Shown here: positions 50,293 through 60,490 of the stretch, in pieces
Layout: every line of letters starts with the position of its first letter
Numbering within the stretch: position 1 is the first letter of the stretch
Source: Candidatus Brocadiia bacterium
Lineage (GTDB): Bacteria; Planctomycetota; Brocadiia; SM23-32
Reading direction: 5' to 3'
DNA: 64,000 nt
Assembly (NCBI GenBank): GCA_046538485.1
Contig: JBKHIT010000003.1
Location: 64,001-128,000 of the forward strand
The notes under the pieces: generated by a model
The model's database searches: none
What the model was told of the DNA's origin: nothing
Seen by the model: the letters and a program-made list of their open reading frames with translations, nothing else
Translations under genes and position numbers: made by a program

Positions 50293-50932
50293 TCCTGCAT
50301 CTTACGGATGCAGGCTATATAAAACGGCGCATGTCGTTTAGGAGTAAGAACTTACGAAAACAAGAAGTGTTCACAATTTCCGACCACCGCCGCCGTGCCG
50401 GAAGATGTCTGTATCTTCCTTGCGAAAAAGCAGTTAAAGCCAGTCGTTTCTCAACGTAACGTTCGCCTCGTTGGTGATCACTGATTTGAAGTTGTCAGAT
50501 TTTATGCGCCGTTTTTTTCGCCCGGATTTTGGGCTGGGAAGGGTTGTGAACGGTGTTCAATAAAGATTCTACCCTGATTGGGCAACAATAGCTCCCAATT
50601 ATCCGTAAAATCCGGGCTAGAAAGGCAAAAAGGCTAAGACACCTATCTTCCAGACCACTAGAATAGCATTTGTGAGGGAGCAGTCTCAAGAAATATCGGG
50701 GCCATGCTGACCCGCCGGGGTGGATGTTCGGCGGGGGATTTTTGGTGTCTGCTTTCTTTCGACCCATATCGTTGGCATTTTTTATAAGTCAAAAATGCCC
50801 ATTAAGGCGGACAGAAACGACCTGGAAATGCGAAGAAACTTGACATTGGTTCTTTGCTCGGGTAGGTTTCCACATTCGGCGAAATTGTGGGTGGGGGCGT
50901 TTATGAACCACTGATATAAATGGGAGAATGGG

Positions 50933-51910
50933 ATGGATCCGGACAAACTGGAAGTTGGGGAACTTGTTACAGACGTTTTTCTGATTGCAAAATCGAGACT
51001 TGGGACAGACCGACGCGGGCAGAATTATTACACTCTTACCGTGAACTGTGCAGGTGGCAAACAGCTGGAGGCTAAAATTTGGAGTGACAATATCGGGGCT
51101 CCTCTGGAGGTCGGGCAGGCTATTGAGGCCCTTGCTCGCGTTGACGAATATATGGGAGATACACAACTTAACATTCAACGTTATGAGGTTATTCCTCCGG
51201 AAGAATTCGACCCTTCTCCGTACGTCCGTTCCAGCGATATTGACGCTGATGCTGCGTTTAACACTTTGTTCGATTGGCAAGGGGACGATTTTAGCAATCC
51301 ATACCTCAAGCGTTTGATGAAAGAACTTTACGAGAACGAAGGATTTGCCCGATCATTCAAGACAAGTCCCGCTGCGAGTCATCACCATCACAACTACCTC
51401 GGCGGTCTCGCCGAGCATACGCTTGAGGTGTGGGAGCTGGCTGAACGGTTCTGCGCGCAGTACGAAGAACAGATAAGCCGGGAACTTGTGCTGGCGGGAG
51501 CCGCCTTACATGACATCGGGAAAATCCGCTGCTATGAACTTCTCAGTGGAGTGAGCGAACATACAGATGAAGGCTACCTGCTGAATCATATCTTCATAAG
51601 CTCCTCTATGATCAGTAATCTTTGGGACCAAAACGTCACACCGGAGGTCGACCCGGAAAATAAAGAGGAAGCTAACGAGCTGAAACATGTTTTGCTTCAC
51701 ATCATCCTCAGTCATCACGGGAAAAAAGAATGGGGCTCGCCCATCATACCCCAGACCCCCGAGGCGCTGCTGATTCATTATTGCGATCAAATCAGCGCGA
51801 CCATGCGCACGTGTTTCGATGCCGTGGAAGAAATCCCTGAAGGTGAATCGTGGACGGACTGGCTTCTCGTGATGGACAACCGGCGAAAGCTCTTTGCGCC
51901 CGAGCGTTGA
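50933..51910 (+). CDS. OB-fold + HD domain 3'-5' exoribonuclease (YhaM-like)
   Basis: N-terminal OB fold, SPAA..HHHNY.GGL.EHT, LHDIGK, HIILSHHG..EWGSP; TTGACA-17-TAGGTT upstream. Confidence 0.9.
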   Translation: MDPDKLEVGELVTDVFLIAKSRLGTDRRGQNYYTLTVNCAGGKQLEAKIWSDNIGAPLEVGQAIEALARVDEYMGDTQLNIQRYEVIPPEEFDPSPYVRSSDIDADAAFNTLFDWQGDDFSNPYLKRLMKELYENEGFARSFKTSPAASHHHHNYLGGLAEHTLEVWELAERFCAQYEEQISRELVLAGAALHDIGKIRCYELLSGVSEHTDEGYLLNHIFISSSMISNLWDQNVTPEVDPENKEEANELKHVLLHIILSHHGKKEWGSPIIPQTPEALLIHYCDQISATMRTCFDAVEEIPEGESWTDWLLVMDNRRKLFAPER

Positions 51911-52043
51911 AGTGGTCTGAAAAATCGTTTCAGTCTCCAGATCATGCAGGGAAGATGAAAACAGGATCGTCAAAGACCACAAAAACCCGACGCAAGACAA
52001 AAATTGAAAATCGCGGTACCGCTCGTTTTATAAGGAGAACGTT

Positions 52044-55000
52044 TTGAGCACTAAAGAGGTTTATCAGGAATTTGTCAGTCCAAACGCACAATACCGAGGG
52101 AAGCCTTTCTGGGCCTGGAACGGCGTTCTTGACAGCGAAGAATTGAGGCGCCAGATTCGTGTTATGGACGAAATGGGTCTCGGCGGATTCTTCATGCATA
52201 GCCGCGTCGGACTCGGAACAGCATATTTGTCTGACGAATGGTTCGATATGATCAAAGCGTGCGTCGATGAAGCCAGAAAACGGGACATGGAAGCCTGGAT
52301 GTACGATGAAGACCGCTGGCCTTCGGGGGCCGCAGGCGGCTTCGTGACGAAAGATGAACGTTACAGGCGGCGAAGCCTCGTGGTGGTTCCCGAACATCCC
52401 GATAATGTTGAACTCGGAATTACCCCCCTCACACTGTTTGTGGCCCGGATTGAGGACGGATCTCTCATTGAGTACCAGAAGTATGAGAAAACAGAGGACC
52501 TGCCGGCGGACCTGGAACAGCCTGAGAGCTATCTGAGCTTCTATGTCAAACTGGACGATCCTTCCTCCTGGTACAATAATGGCACCTATCTCGACACAAT
52601 GAATCACGAGGCCGTGCAGCGTTTCATCGAAGTGACGCACGAGAGATATCGCGAGGAAGTTGGCGATGAGTTTGGAAACCATATCCCCGGGATCTTTACC
52701 GATGAACCTAATTATGGAAACATTGTCCAGCCTTTTGCGATTGAGGGAACGAAATCCTGGGAAACCGCCTGGACCGGGTCGCTTCCAGAAACGTTCAGCA
52801 AACGTTACGGCTACGAGATCATGGATGTGCTTCCTGAAATATTTTTCACCCCCGAGGGCGAAGAAATTTCTACGACTCGGTGGGATTATATGGATTGTGT
52901 TACGTTCCTTTTTTCCGATGCCTTCGCAAGGCAAATAGGGGAGTGGTGTGAAGAGAACAATGTAATGCACACGGGACATGTCCTTGCGGAGGGGACTCTT
53001 CGTTCCCAGAGTAGCGTCGTCGGATCGGCAATGCGATTTTACGAATATATGCAAGCTCAGGGGATCGATATCCTGACGGAGCATAATTACGAGTACGGAA
53101 CCGCTAAGCAATGTTCCAGCGTACAGCATCAAATGGGCCGCCGCTGGGTGCTGAGCGAGACCTATGGGTGCACGGGCTGGGATTTCAGTTTTGAAGGACA
53201 CAAAGCCGTTGGCGACTGGCAGGCGGCTCTTGGAATCAATCTGAGGTGTCAGCACCTCTCCTGGTATACCATGGCCGGTCAGGCCAAGCGCGATTATCCC
53301 GCTTCTATCCATTATCAATCTCCCTGGTGGCGGTACTACAGCACTGTGGAAGATTATTTTGCACGCCTTGCTGTGCTGACCAGCCGAGGACAAGCCGTCC
53401 GCCCACTGCTTGTCGTCCACCCTGTTGAAAGCGTCTGGGCTCTTGCCGGAGCGGAATGGCAAGACGATGAACGGGTCAAAATCCTGGACCAGCAACACGA
53501 CCAACTGCGTCAGTGGTTGTTGGAGGAACACCTGGATTTCGATTACGGGGACGAGGACATGATCGCTCGACTCGGAAAGGTTGATGCTGAGGAGCAGTCG
53601 CTCTGCATCGGAGAGGCGAACTACCAGACAGTTCTGGTGCCACCTATGCTGACGATACGGAGCAGCACTGCTGAAATTCTCAGCGAGTTCGCCGAAAAGG
53701 GCGGAAAAGTTGTTTTCTGCGGACAGATCCCTGAATACGTGGATGCTGCCAAACCCGAGGGGGGAGAACTCGACTTTGCTGGAAACTGCGCGCAGGCTTC
53801 CTTTTCCCGTGACCCCGTCGTTGATTCGGTGGCCGAGACACGTGTGGTCAGTATAACCGACGAGAACGGGAAACAGTGCAGGGATGTTCTGTATCTATTG
53901 CACCGGGACGGTTCGGACTACTACCTGTTTATCTGTAATACGAACCGGGAGGAAGGCACCGGGGTTTTGAAGATAAAAATCGAGGCTGAAGGACAGGTAC
54001 AGGCCTGGAACGCTGAAACCGGTGAGCGCTCGGATGCGGGAGCCGAGATCACTGAAGACGGCATGGAATTTTCCAGGGCACTTGCCCCTACCGGTAGCGC
54101 TGTTTTTGTAATAACTCCGGATGAAGAAGATTTGTCCGAGGAGAAACGCGCTTCAGAAGTAAAATCCGTGCCGTTGCCGGAAGACGGATGGGATATGCGG
54201 GTGAATGAACCGAATGTTTATGTGCTTGACCGCGTTTGGTACCGCATTGAGGAGGGGGACTGGCAGGGACCAGCAGAAGTGCTCAAGGCGGATAACGCCA
54301 TTCGCGACGCAATTGGACTTGATTCCCGTGGAGGGAAAATGGTCCAACCGTGGGCGAGAGAAGAAACGGCGGAAGGTCCAAAAGGGGAAGTGCAGTTGCG
54401 TGCGGAATTTAAGGTTGATGAAATTCCGAAAGGGCCTATCCAGGTGGCGCTCGAGGATCCCCAGAGGTTTTCAATTACACTGAACGGCCAGAGCGTTTCC
54501 ACGGAAGCTGAATGTGGCTGGTGGGTCGATCGGTCTATTCGTGTGATTCCACTCGATGTGGCAGAGGTAAAGGAAGGCACAAATACCATAGAACTTTCTG
54601 GAACTTATGACGATGATGCCGGGCTGGAGACTATGTTTTTGCTCGGATATTTTGGCGTCTCTTTGAACGGCAATGAGGCTGTTATAAAGGGCTTGTCTCA
54701 TTTAGATTTTGGGGATTGGACTCAGCAGGATCTGCCATTCTACAGCGGTGCGATAGCCTATGAAAGAAGCGTTCCGGTGCAGGCTGATAGCCGCAAAGTA
54801 TTCGTGAAAGTGCCTGATTTCAGCGGTGCTTGTGCGCGAGTGCTGGTTGACGGCGAAGAAGCGGGAGTGATAGGCTGGCAACCGGCCGAAGTTGAGATTA
54901 CGGAATACGTGCAGGATACGAGGGAAATTGGCCTGACCATTGAAGTAGTCTCGCACCGCAGGAATGCGTTTGGCCCGCTTCATAATGTGGAAACATGGCC

Positions 55001-55118
55001 ACGATGGACCGGCCCCTCCCAGTTTATAACATCCGGAGATCAATGGTCCGAAGATTATAACCTTGTCCCATGCGGTTGCTTCTCAATACCTCAAATCAGT
55101 TATCGAACGGTCGACTGA
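52044..55118 (+). CDS. GH106-like glycoside hydrolase, no signal peptide
   Basis: PFWAWNG, GGFFMHSR.GL, YDEDRWPSG.AGG, FTDEP, GIDIL, SETYG, KRDYP; TAAGGAG RBS before TTG. Confidence 0.85.
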   Translation: MSTKEVYQEFVSPNAQYRGKPFWAWNGVLDSEELRRQIRVMDEMGLGGFFMHSRVGLGTAYLSDEWFDMIKACVDEARKRDMEAWMYDEDRWPSGAAGGFVTKDERYRRRSLVVVPEHPDNVELGITPLTLFVARIEDGSLIEYQKYEKTEDLPADLEQPESYLSFYVKLDDPSSWYNNGTYLDTMNHEAVQRFIEVTHERYREEVGDEFGNHIPGIFTDEPNYGNIVQPFAIEGTKSWETAWTGSLPETFSKRYGYEIMDVLPEIFFTPEGEEISTTRWDYMDCVTFLFSDAFARQIGEWCEENNVMHTGHVLAEGTLRSQSSVVGSAMRFYEYMQAQGIDILTEHNYEYGTAKQCSSVQHQMGRRWVLSETYGCTGWDFSFEGHKAVGDWQAALGINLRCQHLSWYTMAGQAKRDYPASIHYQSPWWRYYSTVEDYFARLAVLTSRGQAVRPLLVVHPVESVWALAGAEWQDDERVKILDQQHDQLRQWLLEEHLDFDYGDEDMIARLGKVDAEEQSLCIGEANYQTVLVPPMLTIRSSTAEILSEFAEKGGKVVFCGQIPEYVDAAKPEGGELDFAGNCAQASFSRDPVVDSVAETRVVSITDENGKQCRDVLYLLHRDGSDYYLFICNTNREEGTGVLKIKIEAEGQVQAWNAETGERSDAGAEITEDGMEFSRALAPTGSAVFVITPDEEDLSEEKRASEVKSVPLPEDGWDMRVNEPNVYVLDRVWYRIEEGDWQGPAEVLKADNAIRDAIGLDSRGGKMVQPWAREETAEGPKGEVQLRAEFKVDEIPKGPIQVALEDPQRFSITLNGQSVSTEAECGWWVDRSIRVIPLDVAEVKEGTNTIELSGTYDDDAGLETMFLLGYFGVSLNGNEAVIKGLSHLDFGDWTQQDLPFYSGAIAYERSVPVQADSRKVFVKVPDFSGACARVLVDGEEAGVIGWQPAEVEITEYVQDTREIGLTIEVVSHRRNAFGPLHNVETWPRWTGPSQFITSGDQWSEDYNLVPCGCFSIPQISYRTVD

Positions 55119-55535
55119 TTCCCATCGTCGTGGGAGTGGCTATAATTTGCCTGGTTCATCCGTTTCGTTGGTGTCCAACGTCAGAATAACCAGCCACAAC
55201 CGTCGCTACAACGGCGGCCGTGTGCCGCACCAAAACGTATCCTTCCTTTCGTGATTAATTTCGTAATTATATCCGCGCGATAGCCAGATTACTGCGGCGG
55301 CTACGCTGCTGCTTGACAACGACATTCGGGCGCCAGCTATGTTAACGCGCGGTAAACGGATACTCGTATATTGCTAAAGGGGCTGAATCTGAGTCTTCTT
55401 GTATCTTTTTCGGGTTTCCCGAAGTGGATGCCTGGCATTTGTAACTGGCGCATCACGCCATTCCCCTTTATTCTGTACATGCATAAACATAGAAATCATG
55501 AGAAAACGCCGGTTTCATCGGGAGAGTGCAAAATC

Positions 55536-58500
55536 ATGAACCATAAACTCAGAAGGCCCTTGAGTTTTTCTGTTTTCCTTGTTTTCACACTTGCGAACTG
55601 GGCTTGTGTTTTTGCGGGAGAAGCCGGCCAGATGAAGGAAAAGAGTGCGGCCGGTGAGGTATCATTTTCATACGAGCTTAAAGAGTCCGGACGTGTTTCA
55701 GCAGCCGTCTACGATACCGAGGGACATTTGCTACGTGAATTGCTGCGCGCTGAAAAGCAAAAACCGGGGCAGCATATTATTTCCTGGGATGGGTTGGACC
55801 GTGAAGGTAATCCGCAGAAGCCTGGCGAATACCAGTGGCGGGTGCTCCGCACACCCGGTTTTAGAGCCGAATACGTGACGAATTTGGGCATTAATCCGGA
55901 TTCCGTTCCTTATGACAAATGGGTGGGCAATCATGGTGGACCGGCCTCGGTCGAGGTCGATTCGTCCGGAATGTATATCGCAGCGACAGTGACAGAAACG
56001 GCCCCTGTGCTTTTGAAACAATCGCTCGGTGGTAAGGAGCGATTCTGGACGCGTGGCCGGGGCGATGTTACGACGGGACGTTTCCAGGGCGGTGTTTCTC
56101 TGGCGAGCGATGGCGAAGGGACGCTCTATATGTTGCAGCAGAACGCCTACGTTCAGGTAATTGATGCAAAAAGTGGACACCGGCGTGGCACGTGGGATCT
56201 TCTGCCCGAGGACGATGAACGTCGCGAAGACGGCCGTCTGAAACATCGTCGTTACAAGCACGGGCAGGCGATTTCTATGATAGACCTGGATGCGCGGGGG
56301 AGAACGGTGGTGATAAGCTACCACGACAGGGATAAAGTTTGCTGGGTGAGTCCTGATGACGGTTCGGTGCAATCGGAGGTGGCCATTGAGAATCCCTGGG
56401 GCGTTGAAGTGGGGTCGAATGACGAAGTTTTCGTGATTTCTTCAAAGAAGATAGTCAAAGTTGCGGCCTCCGGTGAACAGAGCGTGGTCGTTGCGGCCGG
56501 AATGATATCACCTCGGCGTCTTGCGATTGACCAAACGAGCGGAGATTTGTTGGTTTCTGAATTTGCCCCCACGCATCAGGTGAAACGTTTTTCGCCGAAG
56601 GGCAAACTCCAGAGTACCTACGGGCGGAAGGGCGGACGGCAGGATGGGCTTTATGTTCCAACGGATTTCCTGCACATTACCTCGATCTGTTCTGACGGAC
56701 AGGATGGCTTTGTTGTTACCGAGGAAAGAACCGCCCCGCGACGTGTGGCGCGTTTCAATGGAGAAGGACAGCTGGTGAAGGAGTGGTACGGCGGTCAACC
56801 TTACTATACCTGGGGAGAACCGGATACGCGCAATCCTCTCCGTGTCTGGTTTAATCCGGGATCATGGCTGACTTTGGCCGAGATAGACGCTGAAACCAAA
56901 AAATGGCGGGTTCTTGAAAATTATCGCCAGAGCGAGCTTGGCGGTGGGCTTGTGCGGACGGTCACCGGACACCGCGGGCGCTGGCATGTGTTGTATCGTG
57001 GGGATCAGCGGTATCTGGTCAGCGAAGGGGTACCACACGTTCTATTGCACGAAAAAGGTGCGCTGCGGGCGGTCGCAGTGGTGAGCAATGATGCCAGGCA
57101 GGTGTCAGTTGCTGCGGAGATGGCTGGCTACGAAGAAAAAGCGCGGTCATTTCGATGGCTCGATAAAAACAGGGACGGAACGCCTCAAGGTGAGGAGTTT
57201 ACGTTCTCGCCCGAAAGGCATGTGCCACGCGGACGTTGGGTTTCCGACAAGTTTGAAATTGTCGGTTTCGCTTCCGGGCGCGGGGAAGATGGCGCATTTG
57301 TCCGAGTCACCAGCACGCATCCAAAATGGACACAACGCGGGCCTGTCTACCCGATCGGGAATGAGGATGGTGTCAACAACACCGCCGGGGAAATGGAGGT
57401 TCCCAGCCCCGCAACGACAGGCGGAACACGGGGAGCGTGTGCTTTTCGCGACCGTAAGGGGGACTATTACGCTATTTACAATACCAGCAGTGACAGGCAC
57501 GGGACTACCTGGCCTACCGAATGGGGAGGGCGAAGCCGGGTTGTCAGGTGGGATTCAAAGGGAAACAAGCAATGGGAGGTCGGTCGGCATGCAATCCATG
57601 GCGGGCTCGGGAGTCGGCCTCACACGACCCCGCCGGGATACCTGCACGTGCCCGCGGCAATGATCGGAGAAATCCGCAATACGGTCGTAATGACCGATCG
57701 AGTCGAATGGATGGGATTAGTGTGGACGAAAGACGGATTATGCTGCGGCGATGTGCTGGATGGGCGCGTTGAAGACGGGTTGCCGGAGATTTGTTATTAC
57801 TGGTGGCGGACGCCCAGCGGCAAAGAAGCGATCATTACCAGTGACAATGCGACCGGTGGAGCTATTGTTGAAAACGATGATGGGTCCGTATACTTTTTCA
57901 CTCAGGGCCGCAACAGTGTGCCCGTTTACAAAATACACGGATGGGAGGACTGGAAACGTTTCAATGGGAAGATCGAACTCAAAGCCGAACCGCTTTACGC
58001 ACGCGGAGAGGGCAAAGGACTTACCGCGCGGTATTATCGCATAAAGAGCGAAGGCGGTTCCGAAGAAATAACGGAGTTATTCGAATCTGGCGGGACTGAT
58101 TTTGATGAACCGAATGTTGTCCGTGTCGATCGCCAGGTCTGGCATGGGGTCCCGCGTCATAACCCTGGAAACCATACGATTATCGACGGTTTTCGTGGTG
58201 GGCCAGCCTATGATTGGTCAGAAGGTGTGAAACTTCTGAAGAAGGCCGAAGGGGGACAGCTGGGACTCAATGCTATGGCAAAGCCGTCGCGGGCTTTCGG
58301 GGTGCGGTGGACAGGGGAAATCGAATCCCCGCTGACTGAAATCTTCGTTTTTTCAGTCTATCACCGCGGGCGCGTCAGGCTCTGGATCGATGGGCAACAG
58401 AAAATATTTGGCTGGAACGAGAGCCGGCAGCGTCGGGAAAGTGGTACGATCGAGCTGAGAGCGGGAAAGCGCTACAGCATCCAGCTCGATTTCAAATCCG

Positions 58501-59018
58501 AGCAGTTGTATCCCGCGTGCAGTTTGAACTGGGAATCATCAAGTATAGATCGGCGGCGTATCCCGCAGAAATATCTTTATCCCGCTGAAATAGAAGTCGC
58601 AGATAAACCGGACGTGCGCGATGCCAGGACCAGAATCCCTGCGTTTACTTTCGATGAGACAAATATAGAGACTGACGATCGGCGAAATTATACCCGGGGT
58701 CTGCGACAGCGGGGGATCGGTACGTCGGGGGCATACCTCGGTTTCAAGCGAATCGATTTTGGAGAAGGGAGTACCAAATTGAAAGCGATGGCGAGGGGTA
58801 ATCCAGCGGGGCGGAACAAATTCGACGTTAGTTTCACGTTCAAAATAGATAATCTCGATGGATCTGCGATTGCGAAAGTGAGCATGAGGGACGGCAAAAT
58901 GCGGGAGCGGCCGGTTGAACTGAAAAAAAAGATCTCGGGGATTCACGATGTTTACGTGGTAAACACGAGCCCGAAGAGATGGCATTTTATCGGGTTGAAA
59001 TATTTTGTTTTCAAATAA
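55536..59018 (+). CDS. Exported multidomain protein: FlgD-Ig + NHL-like propeller + PA14 + CBM6-like
   Basis: VYD..G..LR.L..WDGLD..G..PGEY; F.VRWTGEI..VRLWIDG; IDFGEG..GIHDVYV. Confidence 0.8.
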   Translation: MNHKLRRPLSFSVFLVFTLANWACVFAGEAGQMKEKSAAGEVSFSYELKESGRVSAAVYDTEGHLLRELLRAEKQKPGQHIISWDGLDREGNPQKPGEYQWRVLRTPGFRAEYVTNLGINPDSVPYDKWVGNHGGPASVEVDSSGMYIAATVTETAPVLLKQSLGGKERFWTRGRGDVTTGRFQGGVSLASDGEGTLYMLQQNAYVQVIDAKSGHRRGTWDLLPEDDERREDGRLKHRRYKHGQAISMIDLDARGRTVVISYHDRDKVCWVSPDDGSVQSEVAIENPWGVEVGSNDEVFVISSKKIVKVAASGEQSVVVAAGMISPRRLAIDQTSGDLLVSEFAPTHQVKRFSPKGKLQSTYGRKGGRQDGLYVPTDFLHITSICSDGQDGFVVTEERTAPRRVARFNGEGQLVKEWYGGQPYYTWGEPDTRNPLRVWFNPGSWLTLAEIDAETKKWRVLENYRQSELGGGLVRTVTGHRGRWHVLYRGDQRYLVSEGVPHVLLHEKGALRAVAVVSNDARQVSVAAEMAGYEEKARSFRWLDKNRDGTPQGEEFTFSPERHVPRGRWVSDKFEIVGFASGRGEDGAFVRVTSTHPKWTQRGPVYPIGNEDGVNNTAGEMEVPSPATTGGTRGACAFRDRKGDYYAIYNTSSDRHGTTWPTEWGGRSRVVRWDSKGNKQWEVGRHAIHGGLGSRPHTTPPGYLHVPAAMIGEIRNTVVMTDRVEWMGLVWTKDGLCCGDVLDGRVEDGLPEICYYWWRTPSGKEAIITSDNATGGAIVENDDGSVYFFTQGRNSVPVYKIHGWEDWKRFNGKIELKAEPLYARGEGKGLTARYYRIKSEGGSEEITELFESGGTDFDEPNVVRVDRQVWHGVPRHNPGNHTIIDGFRGGPAYDWSEGVKLLKKAEGGQLGLNAMAKPSRAFGVRWTGEIESPLTEIFVFSVYHRGRVRLWIDGQQKIFGWNESRQRRESGTIELRAGKRYSIQLDFKSEQLYPACSLNWESSSIDRRRIPQKYLYPAEIEVADKPDVRDARTRIPAFTFDETNIETDDRRNYTRGLRQRGIGTSGAYLGFKRIDFGEGSTKLKAMARGNPAGRNKFDVSFTFKIDNLDGSAIAKVSMRDGKMRERPVELKKKISGIHDVYVVNTSPKRWHFIGLKYFVFK

Positions 59019-59094
59019 CCGGATCGAATTCGTAGAGTTTGGGTACGGTTGGCCACTTTCGAGCGGGACTTACAAAATGGCATTACGACGTTCC

Positions 59095-60450
59095 TTAATT
59101 CCCGGGTTCGGCCGTACTGGAAGACTTTTCACTTTCGAAGTTTTTCCAGTCATCTTCGATCTTTTCCGCTTCAATGGGAGTGCCGCCGTAATGGAAGGTC
59201 TCCCCGTGTCCCGCAACGACCCTGACATCACGTTCTTCACTGCGTGCGCGAATATGACCGGCAAGAACTTTCACGGTGATGGTATGGTCTTCATCGACGG
59301 TGACCTCCGCTTTGCCCGAGAGTAAATTCAAGCGAGCGGCTTTTGAGCGGATCTGAAGCTCTGATCGCCCGGGGACGGTCGCGAGCAGTTTGCCGCTGTA
59401 GACGCTTACAGAACCCGCACTATGGATTTGCAGTTTGGATTGGCCAGCAAGGCGGACGGTTTTTTCCCCGAGCTTAATGCGTGCAAGACTACTTTCTATC
59501 GTGCGGGATACCATTCCGTGTCGAAGCTGCGCTGATTCACCAGCCGAAAGTGATTTATCGCCCAATTTCAGCGTTCCATCGATGGCCTCGATCGTTCCGA
59601 TTGGCCAGAACAGAAAATAGCCTGCAATGAGTACGACCACCAGCGCTATTGTCCCGGCGAACTTGGCGAAGTTCAGAAAAGCTTTCCGGGTGGGAGCGGC
59701 AGCCAGCGCGCCCAGGTCATACAGCAGAATAAGCGGGACCGCCATCATGATTTGTGTGAAGGGATCAGGCGGAGTGAAGACGGCGGCGAGGACGAAACCG
59801 AGGAGAATAGCGGTTTTACGGTGTTTTTGGACCGTTTCGATGGAAATGATGTTCCACTGAACAAGGTGATACATAATAAGGGGAGTCTGAAATACAATGC
59901 CCAGGACCAGAGTCATCAGGACGATAAGCGAGAGGTAGGGGCCGATCATCAACATCGGTTGAGTGGTCGCACCTGATAGCGTGAGGAGAAAACGCAGTGC
60001 GTAGGGGATAAAAACGAAATACCCGAAGGCTATCCCAATGATAAAACATAGCAGGGAGATAGCGCCCAATCGCAGTAGAACGGAGCGCTCTTTTTTGTAA
60101 AGCCCGGGAGCGACGAAGGCCCACATCTGATAAAGCCAGAAAGGAGCGGCCAGAATCGCGGCGATCAGAAGAGACGCTTTCATATATGCAAGGACATCTT
60201 CGAGATAACCCTGGTACTTTAAGCGGGTATCGATATGATGGGCCTGTGTGGCGAGAATATGCGGCCGGATCAAAATCTGTCGGATGCGATGGCGGAAAAA
60301 CCAGGCTAAGATGAAAGCCACTGCAAGGACTGCGAGGCATCTCAAAATTCTCGTTCGGAGTTCTTCCAGGTGGTCTCCGAGCGGCATTTCCAGTTCGCCT
60401 GTCTCGCTCTTGGGTGAATCGGTGTTCACCAGCAATCCGTTTCCTGCCAA
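59095..60450 (-). CDS. tatC: Twin-arginine translocase TatC with C-terminal FecR-like extension
   Basis: MPLGDHLEELRTR, YQMWAFVAPGLYKKE, FQTP, TPPDPFTQ..PL..LY; start may be 60429 or 60387. Confidence 0.93.
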   Translation of the reverse strand: MAGNGLLVNTDSPKSETGELEMPLGDHLEELRTRILRCLAVLAVAFILAWFFRHRIRQILIRPHILATQAHHIDTRLKYQGYLEDVLAYMKASLLIAAILAAPFWLYQMWAFVAPGLYKKERSVLLRLGAISLLCFIIGIAFGYFVFIPYALRFLLTLSGATTQPMLMIGPYLSLIVLMTLVLGIVFQTPLIMYHLVQWNIISIETVQKHRKTAILLGFVLAAVFTPPDPFTQIMMAVPLILLYDLGALAAAPTRKAFLNFAKFAGTIALVVVLIAGYFLFWPIGTIEAIDGTLKLGDKSLSAGESAQLRHGMVSRTIESSLARIKLGEKTVRLAGQSKLQIHSAGSVSVYSGKLLATVPGRSELQIRSKAARLNLLSGKAEVTVDEDHTITVKVLAGHIRARSEERDVRVVAGHGETFHYGGTPIEAEKIEDDWKNFESEKSSSTAEPGN

Positions 60451-60490
60451 GAAAGATTCGGGTGGGGAATTTCAGGAAGAGGTCCGGTCT

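Noticed and set aside
51942..53531. 529-aa minus-strand ORF
   Set aside because: Antisense shadow of the GH106-like gene
55119..55535. Riboswitch or ncRNA upstream of the 1.2k-aa exported protein
   Set aside because: Only short scattered hairpins; no recognisable consensus
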